From Bdellovibrionota bacterium (GTDB lineage: Bacteria > Bdellovibrionota_G > JALEGL01 > DATDPG01): 64,000 bases of DNA. The stretch is from contig OY764265.1 of assembly GCA_963668355.1 (NCBI GenBank), positions 576,001 to 640,000 of the forward strand, given 5' to 3'. The notes under the pieces are model-generated. The model was not told the DNA's origin and did no database searches. It saw only the letters and a program-made list of their open reading frames with translations. Of the stretch, positions 41,627-52,542 are shown piece after piece. Position numbers and translations under genes: made by a program. Each line of letters starts with the position of its first letter. Position 1 is the first letter of the stretch.

Positions 41627-43678
41627 TCACGTTTGACAGGTCAAGCCGTGCACCTTTAGGAGAAAGGCATACTCCAGAGCGGTTTCGCGTAAGGCGTCGA
41701 ATCGCCCCGAGGCCCCTGCATGCCCTGCCCCCATATTCGTATACAAAAGAAGTAAATGGCTGTCGGTTTTTTGGGCACGCAGTTTCGCCGTCCACTTTGC
41801 AGGTTCCCAATACGTCACTCGGGGGTCATTCAATCCCGCAGTCACCAAAAGATGGGGATAGTCTTTGGCTTCCACATTGTCATAGGGTGAATAGGATCTC
41901 ATGCATTCAAAAAATTCTTTTTGGGCCGGATTTCCCCACTCATCATACTCCCCTGCCGTTAATGGCAAGGAATCATCCAACATGGTGTTTACGACATCCA
42001 CAAAAGGAACTTTGGCTACGGCCGCATGAAACAATTCCGGACGTTGATTGATCGTGGCTCCAATCAACATGCCTCCTGCAGAGCCCCCTGAAATCGATAA
42101 GTGATCCGGATCCGAGAAGCCTTGAGAACATAGATACTCGGCGCAGGAAATGAAATCGCGAAACGTATTTTGCTTTTTCAAGAATTTTCCATCCTCATAC
42201 CACTGCCGCCCCAATTCCGAGCCTCCTCGAATATGCGCAATGGCATAGATGAATCCTCGATCCAACAAGCTCAAACGGGACGATGAAAAACCCGCGTCAT
42301 TGCAGATCCCATAAGAACCATACCCTGTTAAATATAAGGGTTGGGGTTTGGATTGGCGTTGATCCTTTCGATATACAATAGAAATGGGAATTTTCTTTCC
42401 ATCATGTGAGGGCGCGAGAATGCGTTCAGATGTGTAAAGAGCGGGGTCATATCCGCCGGGAATTTCCAATCGCTTCTGAAGCGTTCGTTGGCGCGTTTCC
42501 ATGTCATAGTCATAAATCGAAGCGGGTGTTACCAGAGAGGTATAAGCGAAACGAAAAGTCTTGCTCGCATATTCGGCGTTTTCTCCCCCGTCGACATAGT
42601 AGGCCGCCTCATCAAACTCCACAAAATGTTCTGTCTGAGTTCTTAAATCAACAATTCGGACCTGCGGCAGACCTTGATAGCGTTCATACACAACCAGAAA
42701 ATGCTCAAACACTTCGAAGTCATCCAAAAGACGTTCTTCCGAACCCACAATGAAATCTTTCCAATGTTCTTTGCTCGGTTGACTTAAAGGAGTTTCTGCA
42801 ATTCGGAAATTCATTTGCGTATCATTCGTCAACACGAACAAACGATCCCCATGGGGCTCCACAGAATATTCAACCCCTCGAGTTCTTTCTTGGATCAATT
42901 GAAATTCGCCCTCGGGCTTTCGTGCATCTAAAATGTGACATTCGCTGGTGATCGCTCCGGTGATTTCCACAAACAGATAACGCTCGTCCTTGGATTTAGA
43001 AACATAGACGAAGAACTCTGGGTTCATTTCTTCGTAGACCACGTCATCCTGCCCCCAGGACGTTCCCAATTTGTGGCGACGCACACGATACGGCCGCTGA
43101 TTATCATCCAATTCCGTATAAAAAATCGTTTGATTGTCTGCCGCCCACTCAGCGGAATAATAGGTCTGGGGAATTCGCTCGTTGAACAACTCTCCGGTGC
43201 GTAGGTCTTTCACAAAAAGTGTAAATTCTTCGGAGCCGTTTTCATCCACCGAATACGCCAAAAGATTTTGATCTGGACTGATTTCGAAAACACCCAGATC
43301 AAAATAGTCTTTCCCTTCGGCCAATTGGTTTTCGTCCAAAAGAACTTCTTCTTGGGCCTCTAGGGAGCCCTTTTTGCGACAATAAACGCGATACTGTTTT
43401 CCCGCTTCTGTCCGCCAATAGTAAAAATACCCTTGATAGGGTTCCGGAACGGAGACATCCTCTTCTTTGATGCGAGATTTCATTTCTTCATAGAGGGTGT
43501 CTTGGAGCCCTTTCTCATTCTTCAGCTGTTCTTCTGTGAAACGATTTTCCGCCTCAAGATACGCCGTCACATCGGGATCCTCTTTATTTCTTAACCAGGC
43601 ATACTCATCTGACCACGTCTGACCATGGGCTTTCACGTCAACCGGAACTTTCTTTGCAATCGGGGGCTTCATTCGCAT
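41627..43678 (-). CDS. ptrB: Oligopeptidase B (S9A)
   Basis: DEYAWL, YGSYG, GGSAGG, NDPRV, MGAGH; start at MRMKPP (43678 or 43672). Confidence 0.93.
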   Translation of the reverse strand: MRMKPPIAKKVPVDVKAHGQTWSDEYAWLRNKEDPDVTAYLEAENRFTEEQLKNEKGLQDTLYEEMKSRIKEEDVSVPEPYQGYFYYWRTEAGKQYRVYCRKKGSLEAQEEVLLDENQLAEGKDYFDLGVFEISPDQNLLAYSVDENGSEEFTLFVKDLRTGELFNERIPQTYYSAEWAADNQTIFYTELDDNQRPYRVRRHKLGTSWGQDDVVYEEMNPEFFVYVSKSKDERYLFVEITGAITSECHILDARKPEGEFQLIQERTRGVEYSVEPHGDRLFVLTNDTQMNFRIAETPLSQPSKEHWKDFIVGSEERLLDDFEVFEHFLVVYERYQGLPQVRIVDLRTQTEHFVEFDEAAYYVDGGENAEYASKTFRFAYTSLVTPASIYDYDMETRQRTLQKRLEIPGGYDPALYTSERILAPSHDGKKIPISIVYRKDQRQSKPQPLYLTGYGSYGICNDAGFSSSRLSLLDRGFIYAIAHIRGGSELGRQWYEDGKFLKKQNTFRDFISCAEYLCSQGFSDPDHLSISGGSAGGMLIGATINQRPELFHAAVAKVPFVDVVNTMLDDSLPLTAGEYDEWGNPAQKEFFECMRSYSPYDNVEAKDYPHLLVTAGLNDPRVTYWEPAKWTAKLRAQKTDSHLLLLYTNMGAGHAGASGRFDALRETALEYAFLLKVHGLTCQT

Positions 43679-43724
43679 CCTTCCTTCTTCCAAAATGGGT
43701 TCAAGAAAGCGTAGTATACATGGG

Positions 43725-44486
43725 ATGATCGATCTCAAGGAGCAGTATCGGCAAGCCAATGCTTTCGAAGTGGAAGGAAATGCGACCGCCGCCCTTCTGA
43801 TCCATGGTTTCACGGGAACTCCGGCTGAATTAAGAGATTTGGGATTTTTTTTAAATCAGGAGTTTGGATGGACCATCCATGCCCCTCTTTTACCTGGCCA
43901 TGGGACCACTCCTGAAAATCTAGCTAAAGTAAAAATGGAAAACTGGGCCCAAACAACCCACGGAGCTTTGCGAAGATTATCCAAGAAGCATGCGAAGATT
44001 CATTTGATTGGAATTTCCATGGGAGCACTTCTCTGCATTCAAGCTTTCGACAAAGCCAAGTTTGCCATTTCTTCGCTGGCGCTCTTAGTTCCAGCTCTTT
44101 ATTTGAAAAGTTTTCAACAAAGATGGGGCACACCGCTTATGAGACTTCCTGGATTGGCTCGACTTATGGGAATGTGGCCCAAAGAAAGGAAAATCGAAAA
44201 CTTGATTGCCTATGAAGAATACCCGTTATTGGGAGTTAGAGAGCTTCATCGTCTTCAACAACGCATAAAGAAACTCCCTCCACAAAAAAGTCCACCTCTA
44301 TTCCTTTGTTACTCCGAAAAAGACGATGTTGTTCATCCACGATCCATTCCCGAAATAAAAAAGATTCTTCACACAGACCTTTCAAAAACCCTCCCACTCA
44401 AAGAATCGCACCACGTCATCACAATTGGCCCCGAAAAAGAAAAACTATTTTCAGAAATGAGAGAGTTTTACAGATCAATCACGTAA
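43725..44486 (+). CDS. Alpha/beta-hydrolase (carboxylesterase / monoacylglycerol lipase-like)
   Basis: LIHGFTG, LPGHG, GISMG nucleophile, DDVV, SHHVIT. Confidence 0.88.
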   Translation: MIDLKEQYRQANAFEVEGNATAALLIHGFTGTPAELRDLGFFLNQEFGWTIHAPLLPGHGTTPENLAKVKMENWAQTTHGALRRLSKKHAKIHLIGISMGALLCIQAFDKAKFAISSLALLVPALYLKSFQQRWGTPLMRLPGLARLMGMWPKERKIENLIAYEEYPLLGVRELHRLQQRIKKLPPQKSPPLFLCYSEKDDVVHPRSIPEIKKILHTDLSKTLPLKESHHVITIGPEKEKLFSEMREFYRSIT

Positions 44487-44550
44487 ACAAATAAGATCCA
44501 AACAAATGGAGTTCATGCGCGACATTGGTCGTGCTAATTCGGAATAATTT

Positions 44551-45138
44551 CTATTTGCCTTTTTTGAGTTCGATGAGAACCTGCTTCGCAATCGCCTTCA
44601 ACGTTTCAAACACACCCGTCCCAATATTGGCCACCGCTTCAAAGTCTGGTTTTCCCTGAGGGTTCAGCTGACTTCGCATTTCAGCGACAGACATAATGTT
44701 GGGTAAATCGCGTTTGTTGTATTGAATGATGTAAGGAACTTGGTTGAGATCGTATCCTTGCTCTTGCAAATTGGTTCTTAGGTTTTCCAAGGATTCGATG
44801 TTGGCATCTCCGCGTTCAATTTGGGAGTCGGCCACAAAAACAACACCGTCTACGCCTTTCAAAATGAGTTTTCGGCTGGCATCGTAAAACACCTGCCCGG
44901 GAACGGTGTACAAATGAAAGCGTGTTTTAAAGCCTCGAATATCACCCAAGGACAGGGGAAGAAAATCGAAGAAGAGCGTGCGCTCGGTTTCGGTCGCCAG
45001 AGAAATCATTTTCCCCTTGGACTCGGGTTTTGTCCGTTTGTAGACAAATTGAAGATTTGTGGTCTTCCCGCACAATCCAGGTCCGTAATAAACAATCTTG
45101 CAGTTGATCTCCCTGGATGAATAGTTAATAAACGACAT
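44551..45138 (-). CDS. mglA: Small GTPase MglA
   Basis: [49 protein letters not shown]; closely matches Myxococcus-type MglA. Confidence 0.97.
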   Translation of the reverse strand: MSFINYSSREINCKIVYYGPGLCGKTTNLQFVYKRTKPESKGKMISLATETERTLFFDFLPLSLGDIRGFKTRFHLYTVPGQVFYDASRKLILKGVDGVVFVADSQIERGDANIESLENLRTNLQEQGYDLNQVPYIIQYNKRDLPNIMSVAEMRSQLNPQGKPDFEAVANIGTGVFETLKAIAKQVLIELKKGK

Positions 45139-45144
45139 CGTTCC

Positions 45145-45633
45145 TCAATCCTGAAACAAGTTATCGATGTCTGCGTCAGTAATCTCCGCAAACGGTGAAC
45201 TCGCTGTTGTTGCAGCTGTTCGAGCTTTATTTACCAAGTTTTCAAAAATTGCTTCCAACTCCTGACTCGTCTTTCGAACTCTCAATCGCACCAGTCCCAA
45301 CGAAGACCGGCGGTCAAAGACAACCACGAGAATGACCCGAGGCCCAACCAGCGAGATATGAATATTATCCCGTTCGCCTTCATGAAAAACGATGGAAAAT
45401 TCCTTTTCCCCCAACAATTTAGCCAAACCACCTGTAGCCGCAATATTTCCGGCTGTTAGTGAGGCCAGACTGGTGGAGTCAATGTCCGCAGTCGCCCCAG
45501 CATCGGCGATGAGCTGGCCATTCTTATCCACCAAGTAACACACCTTGGCGTTGGCTTCTTTCTGAAGACGGTCGATCACCGTGGAAATCTGGCGATACTC
45601 ATCTTCGTACATGACAAATTGTTGATCAGGCAT
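45145..45633 (-). CDS. mglB: Roadblock/LC7 protein MglB (MglA GAP)
   Basis: LVDKNGQLI, SLASLTAGN, SSLGLVRLRV, SPFAEITDADIDNLF. Confidence 0.95.
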   Translation of the reverse strand: MPDQQFVMYEDEYRQISTVIDRLQKEANAKVCYLVDKNGQLIADAGATADIDSTSLASLTAGNIAATGGLAKLLGEKEFSIVFHEGERDNIHISLVGPRVILVVVFDRRSSLGLVRLRVRKTSQELEAIFENLVNKARTAATTASSPFAEITDADIDNLFQD

Positions 45634-45695
45634 GTGAATGCACCTAAGTATTTGTTTTTAGCAGGAGTTTTCTCATGGAGCAAGCAACCTAACGG

Positions 45696-46316
45696 CTATC
45701 GCGGGTTAAAATTGCGTCTTTCCTCAATGGCTCGGCCCAAAGTCACATGATCTGCGTATTCCAAATGTCCTCCCATGGGAATTCCCATCGCAATACGACT
45801 CGTGGAAATGCCTTTGTTTAAAAATAATCTTGCGAGATACAAAGCGGTCGCTTCCCCTTCCACATCCGGGTTCGTTGCCAAAATGACCTCTCGAACCTTT
45901 CGATCTGTTGCACGCTGCATCAATTGATGAATTTTCAATTGTTCGGGCCCGACCCCCTTGAGTGGGGCTAAGGAGCCATGCAAGACATGATATGTGCCTT
46001 TAAAATATCCACTCTGCTCGATCGCCAAAAGATCGGATGGATCCTCGACCACACATATGAGTTCTTGATCTCGCGACGCATCAAGGCAAATGGAACATAA
46101 ATCCTTATCCGAAAGGCTGAAACATTGTGGACAGAGTTCCAAACCCGTTTTTAAACCCCACACAGACTCGGCCAAAGCTTTGGCATAGTCTGCATCAGCC
46201 CGTACCAAATACATCGCCAAACGTTGGGCCGTTTTTTCTCCCACACCTGGGAGTTTTGCCAATTCATTGACCGCTTTGCGAAACGATTCCGGTCCTAGGT
46301 AACTCGGATGACTCAT
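45696..46316 (-). CDS. recR: Recombination mediator RecR
   Basis: LPGVGEKTAQR, C4 zinc finger, YHVLHG, EGEATA. Confidence 0.96.
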   Translation of the reverse strand: MSHPSYLGPESFRKAVNELAKLPGVGEKTAQRLAMYLVRADADYAKALAESVWGLKTGLELCPQCFSLSDKDLCSICLDASRDQELICVVEDPSDLLAIEQSGYFKGTYHVLHGSLAPLKGVGPEQLKIHQLMQRATDRKVREVILATNPDVEGEATALYLARLFLNKGISTSRIAMGIPMGGHLEYADHVTLGRAIEERRNFNPR

Positions 46317-46323
46317 TCAACAC

Positions 46324-47961
46324 TCAATCTTCTTTCTTGATCTCTTCCACCTTCGCACCGAAAAGCGAGACGGCTTTCTGAATGACCGGATGGCTTAACG
46401 CTTCCTTCTCATGAGAACGATCCTGAGTCGTGGAAGCTGAGGATTGAGACGTTCGTTTCTGCGTTTTGACCAGAATTCGATACGTGCCGCCAAAGATCTC
46501 CTTGGCCAAAGCAGTCAAATACGCTTGGAAGTCTTGATCTTGGGCTCTGGAAAGATAAAACGAACCTTCATCGTAATGGAGGGTGATCCGATCTTCACTC
46601 ATATCCGGCGTCGCTTGCAGAAGAATCGCAGCCAAGGCGGGTTTTTTCCGTTTTATGGCGGCAACCAACTTTTCCCATTCCGGAGATGTCATTTGAGGCG
46701 CAGCCGTAACCGTTTTTGGAGCCGGGGTTACTTCAGCTTTGGGCGCAGCAGGTTTTGAGTGTGAATACGCAGTTGAAGCTTTTGGAGAGGTCGGTTTGGA
46801 AGTGGGCATCGAGAAACTCCTTCCACCGGATTGGAGTTTTTCCAATCGTTCCACCAACGTTTGCAAGGGAATTCGCGGTTCTTCACGGGAAGCTTTCAAA
46901 AAAGCGACTTCAATCAGATAACGGGGAAATTCGCTTCGACCGACCTCAACCACGGCTCTTTTGAACAGATCAAACCAGCGCTCCAACTCAGCTTCGTCAA
47001 CCGTTTGACTCCACTCTCTGAGAAGTTGAATCTCTTCAGTCGTTCTTCTGACGAGCCGCTCATCTCCGCCGCTTTTCAAAACCAGCAGATCTCGAATATT
47101 TTCCCAGACTTCAATCAGATAAGTTTTGGGATCGTACCCCTTTTCAAAAACATCCTGCACGACGTTTAAAGCTTCAGCCGACTGATGTTCCACAAATGCC
47201 TGAACCGTTCGAGAGATCAACGCACGATCGGTGAGTCCCAAAATGGAGGCCACTTCGTCGTCTGGAATTTGATTTCCAGAAAACGCAATCAGTTGATCAA
47301 ACAAAGAAAGTGCATCACGCAAACTCCCCAAAGCTTGCTTGGAAACCAGGGAAAGTCCTGCATCGCTGATTTCGATCTTTTCAGCATCCGCAATTTTTCT
47401 CAGATGCTGATCAATCTGATCTCCACTGATCTGGCGCAAATCGAACCGTTGGCAACGAGACAAAATCGTATCGGGAATTTTCTGCGGCTCGGTGGTCGCA
47501 AAAATAAACATGACTCCCGGAGGCGGCTCTTCCAACGTCTTCAAGAGAGCGTTGAAGGAATGCGTAGACAACATATGCACTTCATCAATGATGTAGATTT
47601 TGTATCGACACTTGGACGGTCGGTACTGCACATTTTCCAACAACTCCCGAATCTCATCGACTTTGGTATTCGAAGCTCCATCGATTTCAAACACGTCCAC
47701 GCTGGATCCCGCAGCAATTTCCTTACAATTCGAGCATTGGCCACAAGGTTCTGTTGTAGGACCCTCTTCGCAATTCAAAGCTTTGGCTAAAATTCGAGCG
47801 GTGGTGGTTTTTCCCACGCCTCGCGTGCCCGTAAACAAAATGGCATGGGAAACACGATTGAGTTGAATGGCATTTTGAAGGGTTCGAGAAACGGCTTCTT
47901 GACCGACAATGTCGGCAAAACCGGACGGTCTCCATTTTCTTGCGAGAACTACATATGCCAT
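46324..47961 (-). CDS. dnaX: DNA polymerase III subunit gamma/tau
   Basis: YVVLARKWRP, GTRGVGKTT, DEVHML, LLKTLEEPP, SRCQRF. Confidence 0.97.
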   Translation of the reverse strand: MAYVVLARKWRPSGFADIVGQEAVSRTLQNAIQLNRVSHAILFTGTRGVGKTTTARILAKALNCEEGPTTEPCGQCSNCKEIAAGSSVDVFEIDGASNTKVDEIRELLENVQYRPSKCRYKIYIIDEVHMLSTHSFNALLKTLEEPPPGVMFIFATTEPQKIPDTILSRCQRFDLRQISGDQIDQHLRKIADAEKIEISDAGLSLVSKQALGSLRDALSLFDQLIAFSGNQIPDDEVASILGLTDRALISRTVQAFVEHQSAEALNVVQDVFEKGYDPKTYLIEVWENIRDLLVLKSGGDERLVRRTTEEIQLLREWSQTVDEAELERWFDLFKRAVVEVGRSEFPRYLIEVAFLKASREEPRIPLQTLVERLEKLQSGGRSFSMPTSKPTSPKASTAYSHSKPAAPKAEVTPAPKTVTAAPQMTSPEWEKLVAAIKRKKPALAAILLQATPDMSEDRITLHYDEGSFYLSRAQDQDFQAYLTALAKEIFGGTYRILVKTQKRTSQSSASTTQDRSHEKEALSHPVIQKAVSLFGAKVEEIKKED

Positions 47962-47977
47962 AAAGAGTTTTCCCCAA

Positions 47978-48111
<134 letters not shown>

Positions 48112-48253
48112 GGCTGCATCCTACACATTCTTGCGCGGGATACAACGTCCCAATTCATCGAGACATCGATCTCCCCCTTCCTTGAAAAGGGCATCGTTTC
48201 ACAAATTTCTTTTTTATTTTCAAGGAGTTATTTAAAGGGCAGTCCGAAGACCT

Positions 48254-48268
48254 TGGCACATTGATTGC
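48254..48268 (+). promoter_or_regulatory. Sigma54 (-24/-12) promoter
   Basis: Perfect consensus TGGCAC-ATTGA-TTGC upstream of the three-orphan cluster. Confidence 0.72.
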
Positions 48269-48282
48269 TCTCTCCCCTCACG

Positions 48283-49812
48283 GTGAATTCTTTTGGCAAA
48301 TTCTGGATTTTGGGACTTTGGATCGTAGGGCTCTTTTCCTCTACCCCCTGCCTGGCTCAAGGGAATTTGTCTGATTTCCTCCAAGAATGTGCCACAAAAA
48401 TCCCCTACGGAAACGGTTGGTACGAAGTCGCTCCGCCTTTTGAAGTGGATGTCTTTTTCAATCGTGAAGGGGGGATCGTTTCTTCCCCTTCCATTTGTCA
48501 GAAGACCTGGCTCCACCTCCTTCATCAATTGCACCACCCTCCTTTCGGGAAAGCGAATCTTCCAGAGGGCGACATTAAATTTGGCGCCCACACTCCCTAC
48601 CTCGTGGCAACCGAGGAAGGTCCGAGACATTTCTTTCTGCCTGAGCCTGATGATTTGGAATACTTGGAGTTGGCCAAACGATTGGGGGCGGCCTATTGGA
48701 TGGCTCCACCTGACGAGAGTCTTCCTCAAATCTTCCGACGATTGATTCCCAGAAACAAACAAAAGGATTTCAGAAAAGATTCGAAAAAATGGGCTCAAAA
48801 AGACATCCAAACCCTTCAGGAACAAAGAGAACAACTGAACCAACCGCCCCTTTCTCCCGACGAAGAAGAGGCTCAAGAGAAAGCTCGCCAGCCCTATTAC
48901 TACGATGCGTTCCTTCGCAATTACCTTGTGGAAATTTTGTTCAGGCCTTTGATTTCCGGAGTGGATCTTTACAATCCAGCCGTGAGTTCCACGCGCATGG
49001 CGTTGAAACATTTTCGAACGCAATCAGACGCCAGAGATCGACAACTCACCGGACTTCCCAACCATCGTGAGTTTCTTCGGGATCAGCTCAATCGCCCCGC
49101 CTACCTTCCCGAATTGGAGTCCGAGCTATATACGAAAGCACCTCAAGCCGTTCTTCTCCAATCCCTTCGAACGGGGATGCATCTCTTCGATGTTTATCGT
49201 CGCTCAAAACTCTGGTTTGAATTTGAACCTCACGTGGTTGTAGGAGCAACACCCGGAAAGCAATGGCACGAACTCAAAAGCTTTTTCAAACACACCTCCC
49301 CCTTAGACCAAGAAGAAAGTCGGGTTTCGGCTCGAACATTTTGGAATGTGTACAACGACCCTTTCGTGACGCGACTTCGCGAACAAATCGATTTTGACTA
49401 CACGCTGCATAAACGAATGATGCCCACGATGACCGACGTGGAAGGACTTGCCTTTTTGGTAACCCTTCCCTTGGGAGGGGTTGGAGGCTCCCTATTCAAA
49501 GCCGGACTCAAATCACGAAGTGCCATCCAAATCGGAAAAGGCCTTCTCCTAGGCTCCACACCTTGGGTCGTCCCCACCGCCATCACGTTTCAAGAAATTC
49601 AGAACATGTCCGGAGAGGAAGAAAAACCCCATCAAAAACTCTATCTTCGCGTAGAGGAAAACCCAAACCGCCCTCAAGAGCGTTGGATTCGACTCGATCA
49701 TGGCGTGCTTCGACTCCAAGATGATGCCAATGGAACGCATGTTGAAATTCACCCCTCAACCGTTTTTCTCCTCCCCGAAAATTCTTTATTTCAAAGGAAG
49801 CGTAACCCATGA
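48283..49812 (+). CDS. Secreted hypothetical protein
   Basis: Long ORF, signal peptide ending CLA-Q; GTG start chosen downstream of the sigma54 site; Gly-rich hydrophobic segments near the C-terminus. Confidence 0.7.
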   Translation: MNSFGKFWILGLWIVGLFSSTPCLAQGNLSDFLQECATKIPYGNGWYEVAPPFEVDVFFNREGGIVSSPSICQKTWLHLLHQLHHPPFGKANLPEGDIKFGAHTPYLVATEEGPRHFFLPEPDDLEYLELAKRLGAAYWMAPPDESLPQIFRRLIPRNKQKDFRKDSKKWAQKDIQTLQEQREQLNQPPLSPDEEEAQEKARQPYYYDAFLRNYLVEILFRPLISGVDLYNPAVSSTRMALKHFRTQSDARDRQLTGLPNHREFLRDQLNRPAYLPELESELYTKAPQAVLLQSLRTGMHLFDVYRRSKLWFEFEPHVVVGATPGKQWHELKSFFKHTSPLDQEESRVSARTFWNVYNDPFVTRLREQIDFDYTLHKRMMPTMTDVEGLAFLVTLPLGGVGGSLFKAGLKSRSAIQIGKGLLLGSTPWVVPTAITFQEIQNMSGEEEKPHQKLYLRVEENPNRPQERWIRLDHGVLRLQDDANGTHVEIHPSTVFLLPENSLFQRKRNP

Positions 49813-49901
49813 AAAACAAAGGAAAAACAAGGCAAATGCTCGTGTTGACGCGAAGCGGCACGCCTGATAAACACCTCACAGAACTTCGAAGGGCTAAGCT
49901 T

Positions 49902-51290
49902 ATGAATACGAAACTTTGGATTGCACTCATTTTGACGACCGGTCTATTGCCCGCCTTCGCTTTTGGACAAGATGGTGGGCCTTTCCAGGCTCGGGAAGCG
50001 CGAAAGAGAGTTGAAACCGAACGAAATCAAGAAACACACCTTCAACATTCCGCCAAAGAATTTAAAAAACGTAGCGAAGGACTCATCAACGGCCGAACTG
50101 GAATGTGGAAGATTGAAGCCGGGACTTCTCTTCGAAACCTTCTGGAGCCCATCCGCCAACTCCAAAAACAATCCAGCGACACCCTTGCCTCCTCCATTCA
50201 AGAAGAAGGTGGCTTTGATTCCTTTGACCTTCAGGCACAACCGTTAGAACTTTTGGCGCTTCATTCCTACCAAGAAATTTTTAAAGCCCAGCTTCCCTCA
50301 CTTCATGACGTTCAAACTTCGGATCCTGCCCTTTTAGAATTCCAGAAATTCGTTCAAGCCTTAGATGATCCCTTTGCCATTCATTATTATTTTCGTTTGG
50401 TCCCCACGGATATGGATCTAGAAATTACCGCAGATCGAAGTTGGGCCAATGAAGAAAAAGCCAAACGTGAGCAGTTTAATGCTTGGCTCCTCGGAGGGGG
50501 TACCGCCGCCGCAACGTTCTTGACACGAAAGCGTTGGCTGCCTCGTCTCGTCCAAGCCCTGCCCCTTCGCCCCAACCGCGTAAGAACCGCTCGCGGCGCC
50601 TTAGTCACGACGATTCCGCTTCTTTTGGGGGGCGCGGTCAAAGGCCTTTATGAACTCACCCGGCCGGATGACTACAGTGACGACGATGTCGCATCAGAAA
50701 TTCGAAATCCCTGGACAAACGATGGAGACATCAACCCCGTTAATTTGCTTCTGGTGGAGTACTACCGACTCAAGGAACAACGAGAGAATCAACCTGAAAT
50801 TTATGCGCGATGCCAGGATAGCGCACGCGTTCTTCGAGACTATGAACACGAAGACTTAGTTTACACATTGGACATCTACGGCGAAGAGTCGCTTAAAAAC
50901 AAGCTCTCTGAATTGGAAGACACCTCCAAATTGGAAGCGTATATCGACCAGCGCGAGTCTTGGCTGGCTTACCAATTGACCCGATTGCGAAAAACCTCTC
51001 CTCAAGATTATCAAAACTTGGTGGGGCGTCTTCAAGAAATCCTTCACTTAAGTCCAGAGCAATTCGAATCTCCGAATTTATTCGGCGACTCTTTAACCCA
51101 ACGAACCTCCACAGCCATTTTTCAATTTCTCGAAGCCTGCAAACTTGAGATTTCATACAAACGAAGTCTCTTTGATGAAAATCGTCTGAAATGGATGGGG
51201 AAAGACCTCATGTATATGAAGGTGGATTGGGAACAGATTTTCGAAAGTGGTCTGCTTGAATTTTTAGACGGCGAGTTGTCCGAGGGGTGA
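49902..51290 (+). CDS. Secreted hypothetical protein
   Basis: Signal peptide MNTKLWIALILTTGLLPAFAFG; central hydrophobic hairpin-like region. Confidence 0.7.
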   Translation: MNTKLWIALILTTGLLPAFAFGQDGGPFQAREARKRVETERNQETHLQHSAKEFKKRSEGLINGRTGMWKIEAGTSLRNLLEPIRQLQKQSSDTLASSIQEEGGFDSFDLQAQPLELLALHSYQEIFKAQLPSLHDVQTSDPALLEFQKFVQALDDPFAIHYYFRLVPTDMDLEITADRSWANEEKAKREQFNAWLLGGGTAAATFLTRKRWLPRLVQALPLRPNRVRTARGALVTTIPLLLGGAVKGLYELTRPDDYSDDDVASEIRNPWTNDGDINPVNLLLVEYYRLKEQRENQPEIYARCQDSARVLRDYEHEDLVYTLDIYGEESLKNKLSELEDTSKLEAYIDQRESWLAYQLTRLRKTSPQDYQNLVGRLQEILHLSPEQFESPNLFGDSLTQRTSTAIFQFLEACKLEISYKRSLFDENRLKWMGKDLMYMKVDWEQIFESGLLEFLDGELSEG

Positions 51291-51294
51291 GGCC

Positions 51295-52542
51295 ATGTTG
51301 ACAAAGAATATTCCAATTTATTTTCTTCTCGCAGCTCTCATGAGCTTGCCTCTCAACATTCAGGCGCAAAGCGATTCCACCCAACGGCCCAAAGCCAAAA
51401 ACGGCGAACAAATCTGGGGAGAAGAACCTCCTGAACAACCTCCAACAGAACCTGTAACCCCTCCGGATGAGCCCCAAGTGCCAGAACAACCAGAGGAACC
51501 AACCCTTCCTCCAGAAGAACCTCAAGAACCGGAACAGCCAGAAGAACCCACACTCCCTCCGGAAGAACCTCAAGAACCGGAAAAGCCGACTGAACCTGAG
51601 GAGACTGAAGAAACCAAACCACTTGCGGACATCACAAAGAGAGATGCGCACAACATCGCAAAGTCGCGTCTGGCCAAGAGCGAGTCCTTTGTCGAACAAC
51701 TTCCTCCACTCGAACCCCGAGCCCATTTCCCATTTGTTCTAGAACTCCCCAACGGTTTCAATTTGGAGGATCGAATCCAAACCAGTCCCGCGTGTACAAA
51801 AACGGAAATTCCGCAAGACCAAGAACATTTTTCCTTGGCCCTTAAGAATTTGGCTCAGCAATTTTCTGCCCGAAAAAAATTCCAAGGCTTTTTTCATCTT
51901 CAGCAAAATCTTGAAACGCCCGGAATGGCTCACGCCTACGACCCCTACACGCATTCGACAGGAACGCTGGTGTTCAAGAAAGCCTCTTCCCCTTCTCAAT
52001 ACGAAGACGGAACGATCACCTTCCAAACGATGGGTGTCTTTGAGGAGGAAAATCTTCCAAAAAGTTTTCTCATGTTTTCCGAAATAAGAGGGCATGCCAA
52101 AGGGTTATTCAAACCCGTTAAAATGGACACCGAGGAAGATCAAAAACTCGAAGGATTTTCAGGCCTCTATGAAACCTTAAAAGAAAACGACCGCCCCGAA
52201 TTCGAGTTCTATTTTGGAATGGACGAACATGCCGACGAAAACGAACTCGCTTGTCACGTACTGATCAATTTAGAGGGAGCTTCCCTGTCCATTCATGACG
52301 CCATTCCACTGGACATTGAAGCCTTGGAATGTTTGAGAACCGGCGCTCCGATGTCTTCCGAACATCTGGCCAAAATTGAACAAGACATGCTTCAAGCTTC
52401 GCTTCCGAAACTTCCAACCTCGGAAAATGCCCAAACCAACGCCTTGGGATGCACAAACTCATCCTCCCATTTGGGATTTTGGATTCTTCTCACGCTCGGA
52501 CTTCTTTGGAAATCTAGGGAAGGTTCTTTCAAGAACGCTTAA
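51295..52542 (+). CDS. Secreted Pro/Glu-repeat protein with C-terminal Cys-TM-basic sorting-signal-like tail
   Basis: Signal peptide; PEQPEEPTLPPEEPQE repeats; ends LGCTNSSSHLGFWILLTLGLLWKSR... Confidence 0.72.
   Translation: MLTKNIPIYFLLAALMSLPLNIQAQSDSTQRPKAKNGEQIWGEEPPEQPPTEPVTPPDEPQVPEQPEEPTLPPEEPQEPEQPEEPTLPPEEPQEPEKPTEPEETEETKPLADITKRDAHNIAKSRLAKSESFVEQLPPLEPRAHFPFVLELPNGFNLEDRIQTSPACTKTEIPQDQEHFSLALKNLAQQFSARKKFQGFFHLQQNLETPGMAHAYDPYTHSTGTLVFKKASSPSQYEDGTITFQTMGVFEEENLPKSFLMFSEIRGHAKGLFKPVKMDTEEDQKLEGFSGLYETLKENDRPEFEFYFGMDEHADENELACHVLINLEGASLSIHDAIPLDIEALECLRTGAPMSSEHLAKIEQDMLQASLPKLPTSENAQTNALGCTNSSSHLGFWILLTLGLLWKSREGSFKNA
51460..51588 (+). repeat. Coding tandem repeat, 48-bp unit, ~2.7 copies
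   Basis: Units at 51481-51528 and 51529-51576 encode identical peptides with synonymous differences. Confidence 0.85.

Noticed and set aside
41612..41636. Palindrome TCAAACGTGAA-gcg-TTCACGTTTGA as a special site
   Set aside because: Lies where ppiD and ptrB converge; most simply a 3'-end hairpin
48232..49023. 263-aa antisense ORF and other long antisense ORFs (e.g. 5553-6170, 28581-29246, 47185-47790)
   Set aside because: They shadow better-supported genes on the opposite strand and have no motifs
51460..51588. CRISPR-like or non-coding repeat array
   Set aside because: In-frame coding repeat with synonymous variation and no spacers; no CRISPR array or cas gene seen in the window
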